61,809 nucleotides of DNA from Amoebidium appalachense (Eukaryota; Protista; Ichthyosporea): the NCBI GenBank assembly GCA_963693365.1, contig CAVNZM010000026.1, positions 1 to 61,809 on the forward strand, read 5' to 3'. Below the pieces are notes generated by a model, which saw only the letters and a program-made list of their open reading frames with translations, was not told the origin of the DNA and did no database searches. Made by a program: the position numbers and the translations under genes. Of the stretch, positions 22,789 to 33,786 are shown one piece after another (positions within the stretch are counted from its first letter, which is position 1; the number at the start of each line of letters is the position of its first letter).

Positions 22789-23238
22789 GTGGAGGGGAGA
22801 TAATCTGGGGTGGGGTCGGTGCCAAACTCACAGAAACTTGGGGGGGGGGGGGGGTCAAACGGATTCACCCGCTATTCGATCTGATTGGTCGAAAACGGCC
22901 AAGATCGATCGAGCCCGGGATTTCACACTCTGACCAATCAGAGCGCGCAGAAATTCAAAGCCAGTGCTCCGATGTTTCAGCCAATCAGAGCGCCCCACAT
23001 TAGATCACGAGACCCAGCCAGTCTGTTTCAACTCATTCGCAAATATCTTTATTTATTTTGAGAGTGGCCAGGTGCGCTCCAAATAAAAAAAATGCAATGC
23101 AATCCCGTTGGACCAAACTTTGTAAGGTATTATGCATCCCGGGCCCCGAATTTTACACACCTGGCCAGCCAGATGATACAAAACACACCCGAACCCGCCA
23201 TCCCCACAGCAGCCCTGCCAATTGTTGGGGATGACAGG

Positions 23239-24166
23239 CTACCCCAGCACGTGCTTCTCCAGGAAGCGCACGGGGTACACCTTGACCGGGCGCAGGTCCC
23301 CCTGCACCATCTTCAACGTCTCCTCGGGCTCGCAGCCCTCCTGCTCGCGCCACGTGCGTGCGAGCATCCGGCCGACCGTGCTGCTGGACCTGTCGGTGAT
23401 GCCCCGGTCGACGAGGAACTTCCCGACGGTCACGTACCCGCCGATCGCAGACTCTTCGATGGCCGCACGCTCGCCGGCGGGCACGAGCACGTTGGCCACG
23501 GCGTCGTTGAGCAGCATGCGCATGCGCGGGTCCCTGTCGAGGCCGAACTCCTCGAGGAGGCTGCGGTAGCTCTTGATGTTCTCCACACGCATGCGCCCGT
23601 CCCTCGCGCCGTTCTCAATCTGCATGCGCTCGACCTCGGCCTCCTCCCGCTTCACGCGCAGCCGACGCTCCTCCTCCAGCTCCTCGCGGCGCCGCTTGCG
23701 GTCGGGGGTCTCGTCGGTGCCGTTGCGGAAGAACTCACGCTCCTTGGGGGTGCTGGCGTCGTAGCGGGCCTCAATCTCGGGGATGAGGGAGACGTCGCCG
23801 GAAAGCAGCCGGGCTATGTAGGTGGCACACGTCCTGCGGAACTCGTGGGCGCGCTTGCCGGGAAGCAGGAAGATGATCTCGAGGAGGACACGGAAGGGGG
23901 CCACATCAGTCTGGTTGCCCTTCCCGTTGATTTGGGTCAACCTCGTGAGTCTGCCTCACGAGTTCACTCACGGGTGGATCCTTGGTATCCCTCAGGGCCT
24001 TCCAGGCTTGGCGAGCAGCATCACGGTTTCCCAGAACAATTGTTGCTGTATCCAGCACACTTGCCATCTTGGTACCTTCGTCAACACGTAGGACACTGCC
24101 CTTGAACTGGGGGAACTCCTTCCAGAGCATCGACATGTCGCCTTTTTTGTTCTGCTCGCCAGCCAT
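23239..24166 (-). pseudogene. KilA/BRO-like N-terminal DNA-binding family protein, +1 frameshift near 23940
   Basis: RVDEGTKMASVLD..QINGKGNQT..LLEIIFLLPGKRAHEFRR..RLLSGDVSLIPEIE; two ORFs join by removing one base. Confidence 0.7.
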
Positions 24167-24370
24167 GCTGTGTCCGACTGGCCTCCTCTGCCGGGCGCTG
24201 CTCTTTTATACCTTCAGACCAGGAGAACGGGAGCCCCGACGCTCGGCACGGTTGGTGTCGGCCTCCCAGGCTGCCAGCCGCTTGTCGTCCAGCCCCAGCT
24301 CGAGTAAACTGCATCAACACGGAAAGTGCGCCGGACGTGCACATGTAGCAATCTTTTTGGGGTCCCGGGT

Positions 24371-26053
24371 ATGGCGAATATTCTGGAGGATCTGGACTTG
24401 GTGGAAAACATGGAGGACGAGGACACGGACAGCATGGAGGACGAGGGCACGGACAGCATGGAGGACGAGGACACGGACCCCTTCTCAGATGCGTATTTTG
24501 AAGTCCTGGAAGCTGCAGGGGTTGTTGAGCCTGGCACGACGGTCGACGACTGGTTCTGCGCCGACCCGGCAGACATAAGTGCGCTCCGGACAGGTAGAAA
24601 CTGGTGGCCGAACAAGCGCGCTGTTCAGGAGGCCGTGGACAACGGCACGGTGCAGCGGGCGATTGAGCGCCTGCAACAGCAGGGCCTGGAAATGCCCGAA
24701 GGACGGGGGATGGAAGACCTAATAATCGAAACGCTGGTGTTCATGCGCGTGGCCCGCCAGGCACTCTCCGAGTCTGGGATGGTGCGAAAGGTGTCAACCT
24801 TGTGGGGCGGGGAGCCTGAGAACCGCGACCCCTACATACGCGAAAATCTGGAAGATCTGGTGAGCCCCGCCGTGCGCGAAGAGGTAAAGGCGGCCAAGCG
24901 CAATGGGGACGAGAATGCCATTCAAAATATTATGGATGATCCGGAAATCCGCGCCCAGATCACAGACGCGCTGTGGTGCAGGGCTGCTCGCAGGGCCAAT
25001 CGTCTCAAGCGCCTGGAAACAGCTCTGTACATGTCCGAGGGGCTCACCAAGAGAGAGTACATATTCAGGTACGCAGATGAGTTGTTTCCCTCGTACGCCG
25101 CGGCACGGATACGTGATATACCAATGGGTGATAACGAAGCATGGGAAAGGGCCGTCGAAACTGAAATGCTAGACGAAGCTGTGGTGGAGGAAGTCCGGAA
25201 GAAACTTATGAAACGCGCCACCAGTATTGGCGGCAAATATGTCGGAATCTTCCAGTTGGCTCTCAACGAGATGATAGCAAGCCACGGTGGCGTCATTCCA
25301 AACATGCAACAACGTCCCCACAATGGCGATGTCGAAATGGCTGTAGAACCCGAAGCCCCGGATTCGGATTCGATGCCCCAGGCTCCATCTGGTAGCACTG
25401 CACCGGTGTCCGGGTCTGCCATGGATCTTTCGCACGCGGAGGGCGATGAAGATGATGCGAACATTTTCGAATGGACCGCACAAGGCCTTGTCAAACTATT
25501 CGCTACGTTGACCGCTGACTCTCCGCACCAGGCGAATCGGCTTTGTTATGAGCACAAGTGGGAGCTTGTTGACAAGTTTGAGTTGTTCGCGCGCGGTGCG
25601 CTCGAGATCGCCAGACGACGTCAAATGAAAGAAGATTTGGGCAAAATGCTGAAGGCAGATTTGGACGCAGAAGAGGCAGACGCTAAAGACGAAGAGGACG
25701 AGGAGGACCGCGCGTTTGTGGTCCCTGATGACGACCCGGAGGTGCAGCCACCAGACAACAATGCACCCGACACCCTTTCCGACGAGCTCCGCGACCTGAG
25801 GGCTGCGGTACAGATTGCACAACCCGAGACCAGGATCGAAGCCGTGAGGCAGGTTCTTGACTGGCTGGCGAGACAGCCGAACGGGGTGTACCACCCACCG
25901 CCGCCACGGATGCTGTTCCACAGGTTGCCGTCTCCATTGGACCTGTCAGACTGGCTCACCCGGACGATTTCTCCCATGGATGAAGAGGACATGAGGATCC
26001 CAGAAGGGGGTTTACAACGCGCTGCAGAAGTGGATCAGGTACACGAAACTTAG
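24371..26053 (+). CDS. Acidic hypothetical protein
   Basis: 560-aa ORF; N-terminal 24-nt repeat (MEDEDTDS) x3. Confidence 0.75.
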   Translation: MANILEDLDLVENMEDEDTDSMEDEGTDSMEDEDTDPFSDAYFEVLEAAGVVEPGTTVDDWFCADPADISALRTGRNWWPNKRAVQEAVDNGTVQRAIERLQQQGLEMPEGRGMEDLIIETLVFMRVARQALSESGMVRKVSTLWGGEPENRDPYIRENLEDLVSPAVREEVKAAKRNGDENAIQNIMDDPEIRAQITDALWCRAARRANRLKRLETALYMSEGLTKREYIFRYADELFPSYAAARIRDIPMGDNEAWERAVETEMLDEAVVEEVRKKLMKRATSIGGKYVGIFQLALNEMIASHGGVIPNMQQRPHNGDVEMAVEPEAPDSDSMPQAPSGSTAPVSGSAMDLSHAEGDEDDANIFEWTAQGLVKLFATLTADSPHQANRLCYEHKWELVDKFELFARGALEIARRRQMKEDLGKMLKADLDAEEADAKDEEDEEDRAFVVPDDDPEVQPPDNNAPDTLSDELRDLRAAVQIAQPETRIEAVRQVLDWLARQPNGVYHPPPPRMLFHRLPSPLDLSDWLTRTISPMDEEDMRIPEGGLQRAAEVDQVHET

Positions 26054-26126
26054 ACGCCTAGAAGCCCTGCGCGCAAATTTCAGACCGGCCCCGTCGACCG
26101 CGGAGTTAGAGGCATACGTAGAGAGA

Positions 26127-26513
26127 ATGTACAGGGCGATCAACGGCTTGCTCCCGGATCGCTTCCACAACCACACTAATGATTGGACGGGACGGTTTGA
26201 TGCCTACCCCAGCGAAACAGCAGCCATCATACTCCTTTCTGGGGCAGAACCCCGGGGGGATCCATTGGCGGCGGCAGACGGCGACCCCATATTTGCGAGG
26301 ATGCTCATCATCGCCGCAGGGGTCCAGGGATTGCACGATGCAGGGGTTTTTCAGTTTACAGGTGTGGAGTCGCCGGTTAGACCGGTGGTTGAAGACTTGC
26401 CATTAGGACCGGCTGGCAATACCCGGTGGACGCGGTCTGGAACAACGCATGCCCTGAGGACCACCAAAAGGCAAAGGAGACAGCTCAGGCATTACAGGCC
26501 ACCCGGGCAGTAA
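26127..26513 (+). CDS. Hypothetical protein
   Basis: 128-aa ATG ORF; could be a broken continuation of the upstream gene. Confidence 0.4.
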   Translation: MYRAINGLLPDRFHNHTNDWTGRFDAYPSETAAIILLSGAEPRGDPLAAADGDPIFARMLIIAAGVQGLHDAGVFQFTGVESPVRPVVEDLPLGPAGNTRWTRSGTTHALRTTKRQRRQLRHYRPPGQ

Positions 26514-26785
26514 ACAAGCGAACACAATCGAAGCCACAAGGGGGAAAGAGACGGGGGGGGGGGAGACGAGGCGGAGAAGCACAACGGCCCCAGCACCACC
26601 GACCCCCAGCGCCGGACGCACAAGGACGACGACAAGGAAGAGCCACAGAGACCACCCAGGGAGGAGGGGGACTGCCAACACGCAAGGACGGCGAGCAACT
26701 TGTGAACGAGGTCCGAGAACAAGCGGCGCGCCTCCTCCCCTGAGGGCATCAAAAGGTCAAGAATTGAGGTGGATTGATCCCTGCC

Positions 26786-27151
26786 TCAGCGGAGGACCTC
26801 CCTTCTCAGCGCAGCGGCCAGCCGCGCGAGCCAGGCGGTGCGGTCGTCGCCCAGGCGTGTGGCAAAGTCGGCATAGGACATCTGTGCCGAGAACCATTGA
26901 CCCTTCTCCTCGTTCCAGTAGCGCAGGCCGTTGACATTGGAAACTTCCATGCGCGGGCACCGGCCACATTCGCCAAAACGGGCTGTGTCGGCCTCCCAGC
27001 CCGCGGCCAGGCGCTTGTCATAAAGCAGGGCGGCACAGGCGGGTGCGTCGCAGGGCGGGTCACGACCGAACACCGTGCGCACCGCATCTCGCAGCGCAAG
27101 CGCAAGCAGGGTGGTCACGCAGAGGGCCATGAGCAGGAGTACCAGCTGCAT
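26786..27151 (-). CDS. Small Cys-containing membrane/secreted protein
   Basis: Hydrophobic N-terminus MQLVLLLMALCVTTLLALAL; paired cysteines. Confidence 0.65.
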   Translation of the reverse strand: MQLVLLLMALCVTTLLALALRDAVRTVFGRDPPCDAPACAALLYDKRLAAGWEADTARFGECGRCPRMEVSNVNGLRYWNEEKGQWFSAQMSYADFATRLGDDRTAWLARLAAALRREVLR

Positions 27152-27199
27152 TGTTACGTCACGGGCGCATTTTGTGCCGGCTTAATCTTCCTGTAGTGC

Positions 27200-27787
27200 A
27201 TGCACATCACGCACGGCGACCGCTTCGTCAGCCGCAACCTCGCGCTGCTCAGCTGCCCGGTGGAGTGGCCCGAGGACCTGGCCAACACGAGGCACACGGG
27301 CATGGGCCTGCGGTGGCGGCGTGACGGCGACAAGGTCACCGCCATGCTCGGTGAGACACGCATGTACTGGAGGGCGCTGCCCGAGGCCAACGTCGTCACG
27401 TTCACCGATGACCCGGCTCAGGCGAGCTCTTTTGGGTTCAGCGACTGCCCGCTCCCGCAGCCCAACCACGTTCCCGACACGGGTCTGGCGGGCGTGCGGG
27501 TGCGTCTGCACGACAAAGACCTGCCGGCTCTCCCCCCACCTAGCGCACCGCCCCAGGGCCGCGTGGAGCTCGGCGTGGCCTTCTCCATCGGCGTGCTCGG
27601 CGTGGGGCCCCTGCCCATGCCCTCGTGGTTTGTGTCCTCGGTCGCAGACACGAGCCCCACCATGCAGTATGGGTTCCGCGGCGTCAACCTTGCGCTGTGC
27701 CTGCTGCACGTGTGGCGCGTGCGCGTGTGCGTGGACCTGTTCCCGTTCCCGGGCCTGACGCTTTTTCTGGCGCTGCTCGAGCTCTGA
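27200..27787 (+). CDS. Hypothetical protein
   Basis: 195-aa ATG ORF, GC3-rich. Confidence 0.65.
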   Translation: MHITHGDRFVSRNLALLSCPVEWPEDLANTRHTGMGLRWRRDGDKVTAMLGETRMYWRALPEANVVTFTDDPAQASSFGFSDCPLPQPNHVPDTGLAGVRVRLHDKDLPALPPPSAPPQGRVELGVAFSIGVLGVGPLPMPSWFVSSVADTSPTMQYGFRGVNLALCLLHVWRVRVCVDLFPFPGLTLFLALLEL

Positions 27788-27807
27788 TATTTTGTAGCCA
27801 TCTATCA

Positions 27808-28203
27808 ATGCGTGCGCTGCTCCTGTGTCCCCCCCTGCTTGCACTGGTCCTTGCGGCCCCCGAGTGCCTGGTGTTTGCGAGCTCGGCAACCCTTGCGGCA
27901 ACCACCGCGCACGTTCCGCCCAGCCCCACTGCCGAAACAAAGACGTGGTGGGCGACCCTGACGCACGTGGAGACTGTTGCAGCCACCACCACAGCCGCCG
28001 CTTCGATTCAAACCATCGAAACCACCTCGGCCTCGGAAACTCCCACCGAAACGGACACCGACGTATTTGAGATCCCCACCTCCATCACTGAAGGCGACCC
28101 AACCGACGAACCCATGCCCACGATGCCCGTGGACCCGCCCGCACCGCCCGCCGGGGTAAACGCGTCCGACTGGGAGTGCCGCTGCACGCTCATCAGACGT
28201 TAA
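27808..28203 (+). CDS. Secreted Thr/Pro-rich (mucin-like) protein
   Basis: Signal-like N-terminus, T/E/P-rich body. Confidence 0.6.
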   Translation: MRALLLCPPLLALVLAAPECLVFASSATLAATTAHVPPSPTAETKTWWATLTHVETVAATTTAAASIQTIETTSASETPTETDTDVFEIPTSITEGDPTDEPMPTMPVDPPAPPAGVNASDWECRCTLIRR

Positions 28204-28283
28204 TCATTTCTCGGAAAACCAGAGTTGGCCTGTCGATTCTTTGTTTTGTGCAGCCACACCAGTTTTTAATTTGCGCAAGAGGA

Positions 28284-28754
28284 ATGGACTTCTCAAATGC
28301 GATTGGCTTAATCATTCTAATGCTTACTCTTGGCGTATTGATATGGGCATACTCCAAGTACGAACCCAAACCCGACCCTGGCAAAACCGACAGTACCCCT
28401 GCAGTCAAACGGACACAGTGGTATGCTTTCGACCAAGTGGGGGACCACAGCACGGACAACACGTTTAACGACTGGCAAGACCCGGTGAACTATGGGTACA
28501 CGTCAGCCAGTCAGTGCATTAACCGATGCCAATCTACGAGTGGATGCGAACAGGTGGGCTTTTCGCCATGGCAGGATATGGACGGGAAGCGGCCAAAAGG
28601 CTATTGCTACATGAGAAAAGCCGTCAACAAATGGCCGTTGGATGCGTGGTCAAACAAGTCCGGTGTGGCTGCCTGGGACTCGCAGGTCACGTATGTGATG
28701 GCCGCAAAAGTGCCGGAGAGCGAGAAGCAACATGGCAAGCTGGTTGAGTTCTAG
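28284..28754 (+). CDS. Membrane-anchored PAN/Apple-like domain protein
   Basis: N-terminal TM; SASQCINRCQSTSGCEQVGF..GYCYMR is a C-x3-C-x5-C..C PAN pattern. Confidence 0.65.
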   Translation: MDFSNAIGLIILMLTLGVLIWAYSKYEPKPDPGKTDSTPAVKRTQWYAFDQVGDHSTDNTFNDWQDPVNYGYTSASQCINRCQSTSGCEQVGFSPWQDMDGKRPKGYCYMRKAVNKWPLDAWSNKSGVAAWDSQVTYVMAAKVPESEKQHGKLVEF

Positions 28755-28938
28755 CATGAATCAGATGAACCAATCAAATAAAGGCTGGCATTTCCATTGC
28801 CCTCTGGTTTGGTTGCACGCTGCTACAAAGATATTTGGCAACCTTGTTTTTCTATGTCGTATATATGGCCAATTTGATATTTGATCTTGTTTGATCTTGT
28901 GTCTAGAGCTGGCTTCTTTTTTATTGTGCCCCAATGTA

Positions 28939-30297
28939 ATGTCGCATGCGCGCTCCCGCATCCTTGACGACATGGCGTCCCACATCGATTTCTCGGCAGC
29001 CGTGGCGCGCCGGGCAGCGTTCCCGCACGGGCCAGCCCTGCCCTCGGCCCCCCGCAGCGTGTCGGTGCCGAGCGAGGCGCCCCCGCGTGTCGAGCCCCCG
29101 CAGCCGCCGCAGGGCCAGTGGCGCTACCACTTCGTGACGGGCGGGTCCGAGTGCCGGCCGCTGCAGGTGGAGTTTCCCGCCACCCAGTCCGTGCACGGCA
29201 TCCGTGTTGAGGGCTTCAAGGCGCACAGCGTGTACGACGTGTGCGAGGGCGCCAACAAGCTCACGCTGTCGCTGTCGTACCTGGACTCGCCCGACGGCCG
29301 GCCCCCAGGCATGTGGGTGAAGGCGTCCACCGACGTGTACCTGCCTGTGGGCAACTACACCCTGGACACCCTGTGCGCCGAACTCGAGATGCGTCTGGAC
29401 GCCGCCATCGCCGCATGCTTCAACCCCAGCTACAGCCCCGAGGAGGTGGCGGACATTTTGGAGATGTACCCGGACACGCTGCCCTACTACGCCAGCGTCA
29501 CACACACGGAGCGGTTGCGCCGGGACGCCGAGCGCAACGGCGAGGCGTGGACCAGGCACCAGGACTTTGTGTGCAAGACGCGGTGGGCGCCACGCCGGCA
29601 GGGCCCGCGCGACGAGATCGCATTCGAGGCGCTGATGCTCGCGCAGCTGTACTACAGGGAGAACGCATGGGCGTGGCGTGAGCTGGCCAACGAGCGTGAC
29701 GCCCACGGGCGCATCCAGTGGCCGTTCCACAACACGCTGTACAACCTCATGACGCCCTCGAAGCTCGCGCTGCCCGGGCGACTGGTCATCAGCATCCACC
29801 ACCGCAAGAACATGGACCCGGACACCATGAAGCACTGGCTGCCGTATGCGTCGGTGCCGACGTTCTCGCTTGACGTGTGCCGGGGGCTCGGGAACGTGCT
29901 GGGAATGGCGGCCGGCGCGCACGTCAGCCACAGCCTGACAGCGGGGCTGCCTCCGCTGGCCCGCTACTTCGACGGGCGAGACCATGCGGCCGTGGAGGAG
30001 GGCGACCAGCAGCTGCCGTGCCAGGGCGACAACATCCAGTGCGTGTTTGGGACGGATGCACCCCTGGGCCCGCGGGGGGCGCTCATGGTGCACGTCATGC
30101 AGGGCGAGACGAACCTGCAGGGGCGCATCATGGCGCCGGGCGTGCAGGGGGCGGCGGGCGGGGCGGTGGACGACATGCTGGCGAGCCCGCAGATCTTGGG
30201 GACGCTGGATCACGTCGACACGCTGCGGCTGGTGGTGGTGGACGAGACCGGGACAAGGGTGACTGGGTGTTTCTCGGCGCTGGTCGCGGTTAAATAA
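28939..30297 (+). CDS. Penton/minor capsid-like protein (second paralogue)
   Basis: SVHGIRVEGF..YDVCEGANKL..VYLPVGNYTLDTL..; C-terminal LRLVVVDETG..FSALVAV. Confidence 0.6.
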   Translation: MSHARSRILDDMASHIDFSAAVARRAAFPHGPALPSAPRSVSVPSEAPPRVEPPQPPQGQWRYHFVTGGSECRPLQVEFPATQSVHGIRVEGFKAHSVYDVCEGANKLTLSLSYLDSPDGRPPGMWVKASTDVYLPVGNYTLDTLCAELEMRLDAAIAACFNPSYSPEEVADILEMYPDTLPYYASVTHTERLRRDAERNGEAWTRHQDFVCKTRWAPRRQGPRDEIAFEALMLAQLYYRENAWAWRELANERDAHGRIQWPFHNTLYNLMTPSKLALPGRLVISIHHRKNMDPDTMKHWLPYASVPTFSLDVCRGLGNVLGMAAGAHVSHSLTAGLPPLARYFDGRDHAAVEEGDQQLPCQGDNIQCVFGTDAPLGPRGALMVHVMQGETNLQGRIMAPGVQGAAGGAVDDMLASPQILGTLDHVDTLRLVVVDETGTRVTGCFSALVAVK

Positions 30298-30324
30298 AAG
30301 AGACTCCCAGATAATTCCTGACCT

Positions 30325-30840
30325 CTACCCGCCCATAGCCGCCCTGTCAGCGGGGCGTTCAACCTGTGGGAACCTAGGCACGAACGAGAAGGACTCGAAT
30401 GTCGCGTACGCCGCACGGCGCGCCACAGCCATGCCGCAGTGACGCGCGCGCTCCTGGAACTGCTGGTAGCGGTCGGTGTACTGGGGATCGGACGACGTCT
30501 CCATGAGGAACACGCCAAACCTGTCCTCCTCCTCGTCACCGAAGAAGATGATGTTGACGACGACGGGGACCCCCTCGAGCCGCCCGACCATGAGCCAGTT
30601 GTAGTGCCCCCTCCCATGGATCATCCAGGGCTCCCGCGCCTGTGCGCTTTCGATCAAGAACAGAAACGACTCCTGCCCGGACAACACATCCTCGCACGGC
30701 AGTGTCAGCTGCAAGTAGAATGTGTTCGGCTGGCCCAGCCGTGGTATCATTTCGGCCAAATCCGAGCCGCCGTCGATAAACACCTCGTGGTCGTAATCCG
30801 CGTCCCATCCCCATGTGGCGTGTGATGTGCCGGTCCCCAT
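30325..30840 (-). CDS. Hypothetical protein
   Basis: ATG at 30840 inside a longer ORF; the upstream part of that ORF is antisense to the resolvase. Confidence 0.6.
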   Translation of the reverse strand: MGTGTSHATWGWDADYDHEVFIDGGSDLAEMIPRLGQPNTFYLQLTLPCEDVLSGQESFLFLIESAQAREPWMIHGRGHYNWLMVGRLEGVPVVVNIIFFGDEEEDRFGVFLMETSSDPQYTDRYQQFQERARHCGMAVARRAAYATFESFSFVPRFPQVERPADRAAMGG

Positions 30841-30919
30841 GCCTGTGCCGACAATATTCTTGTAAACGAGTCGGGCAGGGATGGCATAAAAGGGAATCCC
30901 CCAACCCCCCACCCCCACA

Positions 30920-31528
30920 ATGCGTGTGGCCGCCATCGACGTCGGCTTCCTGAACCTGGTGGTGTGCGTGCTCAGCACCACCGACGACCCGCGCACGCCC
31001 TTCATCATCCACACGTGGGACCGCTGGCTCGTGGGCAACCCGGACACCACGGCCACGGTGCTGGTGGAGCTGCTGCTGCGCCGGCTGCACGAGGACCGCG
31101 CGCTGTTTGTGGACGTCGACATGGTCGTCATCGAGCGCCAGATGGTCACCAAGCTGAGCGTGCTGGCGCACGCGCTGCAGGCGTACTTCCTCACCCTCAG
31201 ATTGACCAATGGCCACGGGCCCGGCGTGGTGCTGCAGCACGGCACGCGCAAGAACCAGTGCGGGGCGTGGCTCGCCCGCCACGGAATGGCTCCTGCGGAG
31301 ACGGGCAAGGCGGCGTATGCGGTGTACAAGCGGCGTGCGGTGGTCGACACGCTGCAGGCGCTCAAGCTGCAGAGCGAGCAGGGGTGGCGGGACAAGTTTG
31401 GGCGGGAGGGCAAGAAGGACGACATGGCGGACGCGCTGCTGCACGGGCTGTGGTACCTGTTCTGTCGGACCCAGAAGGGGGGGTCACGCTGGGGGCATAT
31501 GCAGGCAAACGGACAGTGTACAAAATAA
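30920..31528 (+). CDS. Holliday junction resolvase (poxvirus A22/RuvC-like)
   Basis: AIDVGFLNL, VVIERQM and KKDDMADALL catalytic motifs. Confidence 0.93.
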   Translation: MRVAAIDVGFLNLVVCVLSTTDDPRTPFIIHTWDRWLVGNPDTTATVLVELLLRRLHEDRALFVDVDMVVIERQMVTKLSVLAHALQAYFLTLRLTNGHGPGVVLQHGTRKNQCGAWLARHGMAPAETGKAAYAVYKRRAVVDTLQALKLQSEQGWRDKFGREGKKDDMADALLHGLWYLFCRTQKGGSRWGHMQANGQCTK

Positions 31529-31633
31529 AATTGGCAATTCATCTCTTTATTTCTTTCTCATAGACCGGCTTCCGGTCCCATGGACCGGAGGTAGAGATCG
31601 GCCCGTTGGTTGTCGGTGTCGAGCTTGACTGCA

Positions 31634-31709
31634 TATCTGCACTGCAGATTTTCCCCTCCAACTTAGCAATGAGTTCCTTTGTCCCCTTCAACTTGTACCA
31701 ATCAAACCA
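31634..31709 (-). repeat. KilA-N-like coding fragment, copy 1 of a ~76-bp direct repeat
   Basis: Encodes WFDWYKLKGTKELIAKLEGKICSAD; near-identical copy at 33652-33727. Confidence 0.75.
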
Positions 31710-31873
31710 AAACTGTCTGCGCCCCCCACCCCGGGCTGTCACAGTGGTACCTGTTCTGCAGGCGTGGGAGGTCGGGGAAGATGTAAGAATAAAGCGCTTT
31801 GTTTCATGGAGACTCAATGCTACACGGATGACAATTAGCCTAGCTCAGGGTATGAAAAAGCATGCCTGAGAAA

Positions 31874-33431
31874 TCAACAGCCCAGTCTGGGCTGCACGCT
31901 GGCGGGGACCAGCCCCTCGTATGCGTTCCTGAACACCTGCGCCGTGTACTTGAACTCGGCAACCTCCGGGCTGTGGGGTACCTCCCGCTCCAGCCAAACC
32001 GCCGTGGCCAAGATGATGGTGTAGGCCTGGCGGGCAGTGATCTCTGTGGACATGACCGCACGTCCCCAGCCGAGTGCTGAGCGCAGCTTGATGGCGCGCT
32101 GGATAGCCATGTCAGCTCCGATGACCCCCACCACTGCCGTGTCGGGCTTGTCGGTGTAGATGTCCACGTTCAGCACCTCGAGTACATAGCGGCGCACGAG
32201 TCCAACAGAGCCCTTGGTAGACCCTCCAAACATGGCGGCGGTGACGCTGCGGGGAAGGTTGTACAGGCGGTCACGCAGGAAGGGGTTGCCTGTGCCACCG
32301 AGGGCGGAGCTGTCCGGGTCCTCGGGTAGGATGCGGGGGGTGAAGGCCTGGGCGGTGCTGTTGAGGGCGCTGGTGAGGCGGGCCACGTGGGACTTGCTGT
32401 ACTCGATGATGAGCTGCTGGTGCTCAATGAGGGTGTCCCGGTCTCGGATGGTCTTGTTGCGCTCCTCGATGGTAATGTTCCGGTCCTCGATTGTGCGCTG
32501 CATGTTCTGGAGCAGCGTCTGCCAGTAGGCAGCCCCGTGCTCCTCGGATCCCCCCGGCACCCCCGTTCTCCACGTACTCCCCGAACAGGCGAGCGCCGCT
32601 GCCCTCGGGGAGGGACTCCTGAAGACGACGGTTGGCGCGCACCTCGTCAACCAAAGTCTCGTCACCACCCAGGTAGCGCACGATGAGCTCAGCGGCCGCA
32701 GCCTTGAAAGCAGCAACCTTGGGACCGGTCAGGGCCAGGATGATGCGCACCAGCTGCTTAGCATCGGCAATTGGGGTTGAACGCTCCTGATCGACCCACT
32801 CCGAAAGCTGGAGTGAGTTAATCAGTCCGGGTTCGGCCACTGTCAGCTCGTTGATCTTTTGATGTGGGTTGCCATAGCCAATCGCAACGAGCACATCAAA
32901 CACATCCGCCTTCCGGGGCACGGTGTTGGTGCAGCGGATGGTCTTGCCGCTCCAGTCACCACCACCCTCTCCGAACTTGAACAGGGTCGCGGCCAGCCCG
33001 TCGCCGTCGAGGTCCATGCCCGGAACCGCCGTGGGCAGCTGGCGCATGGCTTCGGCAAGGGCCTTGTTGTCCGCCACCTTCCAGATGCTGATGGAGGGGT
33101 CGCCGAGTACACCACGCACGGAGGTGGCGTGCACCTGTTCACGCAGGCGGACGAGGGACAGGGTCTTGCCGGACGGCAGGGTGCGGGTGTCCTGGGCGAC
33201 AACCCCAAATCGCTTGGTGTCGCCGAGGGCTGTGGCGGCACGCTCGTGCAGGTCGGTGTGGTCGGAGAGGAGCGCCCAGTAGCGGATGCGGGAGCGCTCG
33301 GGGTCAAGCAGAAGGGTGCGGATGGTGTCCTCAAGGGATGCGTTCTCCTCCATACTGTCGTCCGTGTCCATGCTGTCGATGTTGTCGCTCTGCATGTTGT
33401 TGTTGATGTCCATGTTCTGGGTTGTCTCCAT
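31874..33431 (-). CDS. KilA/BRO-like family protein with extra N-terminal domain and coiled coil; frameshift at G-run near 32550
   Basis: KADVFDVL..STPIADAKQLVRIILALTGPKVAAFK..RYLGGDETLVDEV; continues in ORF 31874-32716. Confidence 0.72.
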
Positions 33432-33651
33432 CTTGATGGTTGCTGCAGAATGATGAATTATGGTCTGGACTGCTCCTTTTATACCTTCAGGTCTAACCAC
33501 CGATGGTGCCAAAATCGATGGTGATGGTGAGTTTGGGCACCAAACTAATGAACCCTGAATTTCAGGGATGATGATTATTGTCTCATTCGGATGTTGATCA
33601 CAATTGTCGGACGACCCGACAACAGCGAACACATATCTGACCGCACAATAT

Positions 33652-33727
33652 TATCTGCACTGCAGATTTTTCCGTCCAACTTGGCAATGAGCTGCTTTGT
33701 CCCCTTCAGCTCGTACCAATCAAACCA
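33652..33727 (-). repeat. KilA-N-like fragment, copy 2
   Basis: Matches 31634-31709 with few substitutions. Confidence 0.75.
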
Positions 33728-33786
33728 CGCGTATCTGTCACATAATTAGTATGAAAGAGAAGCAAGCCAGAGATATCACAGATATA

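Noticed and set aside
32540-32570. Programmed frameshifting at G/C runs
   Set aside because: Indels at homopolymers are better explained by sequencing error or decay; no shared slippery motif.
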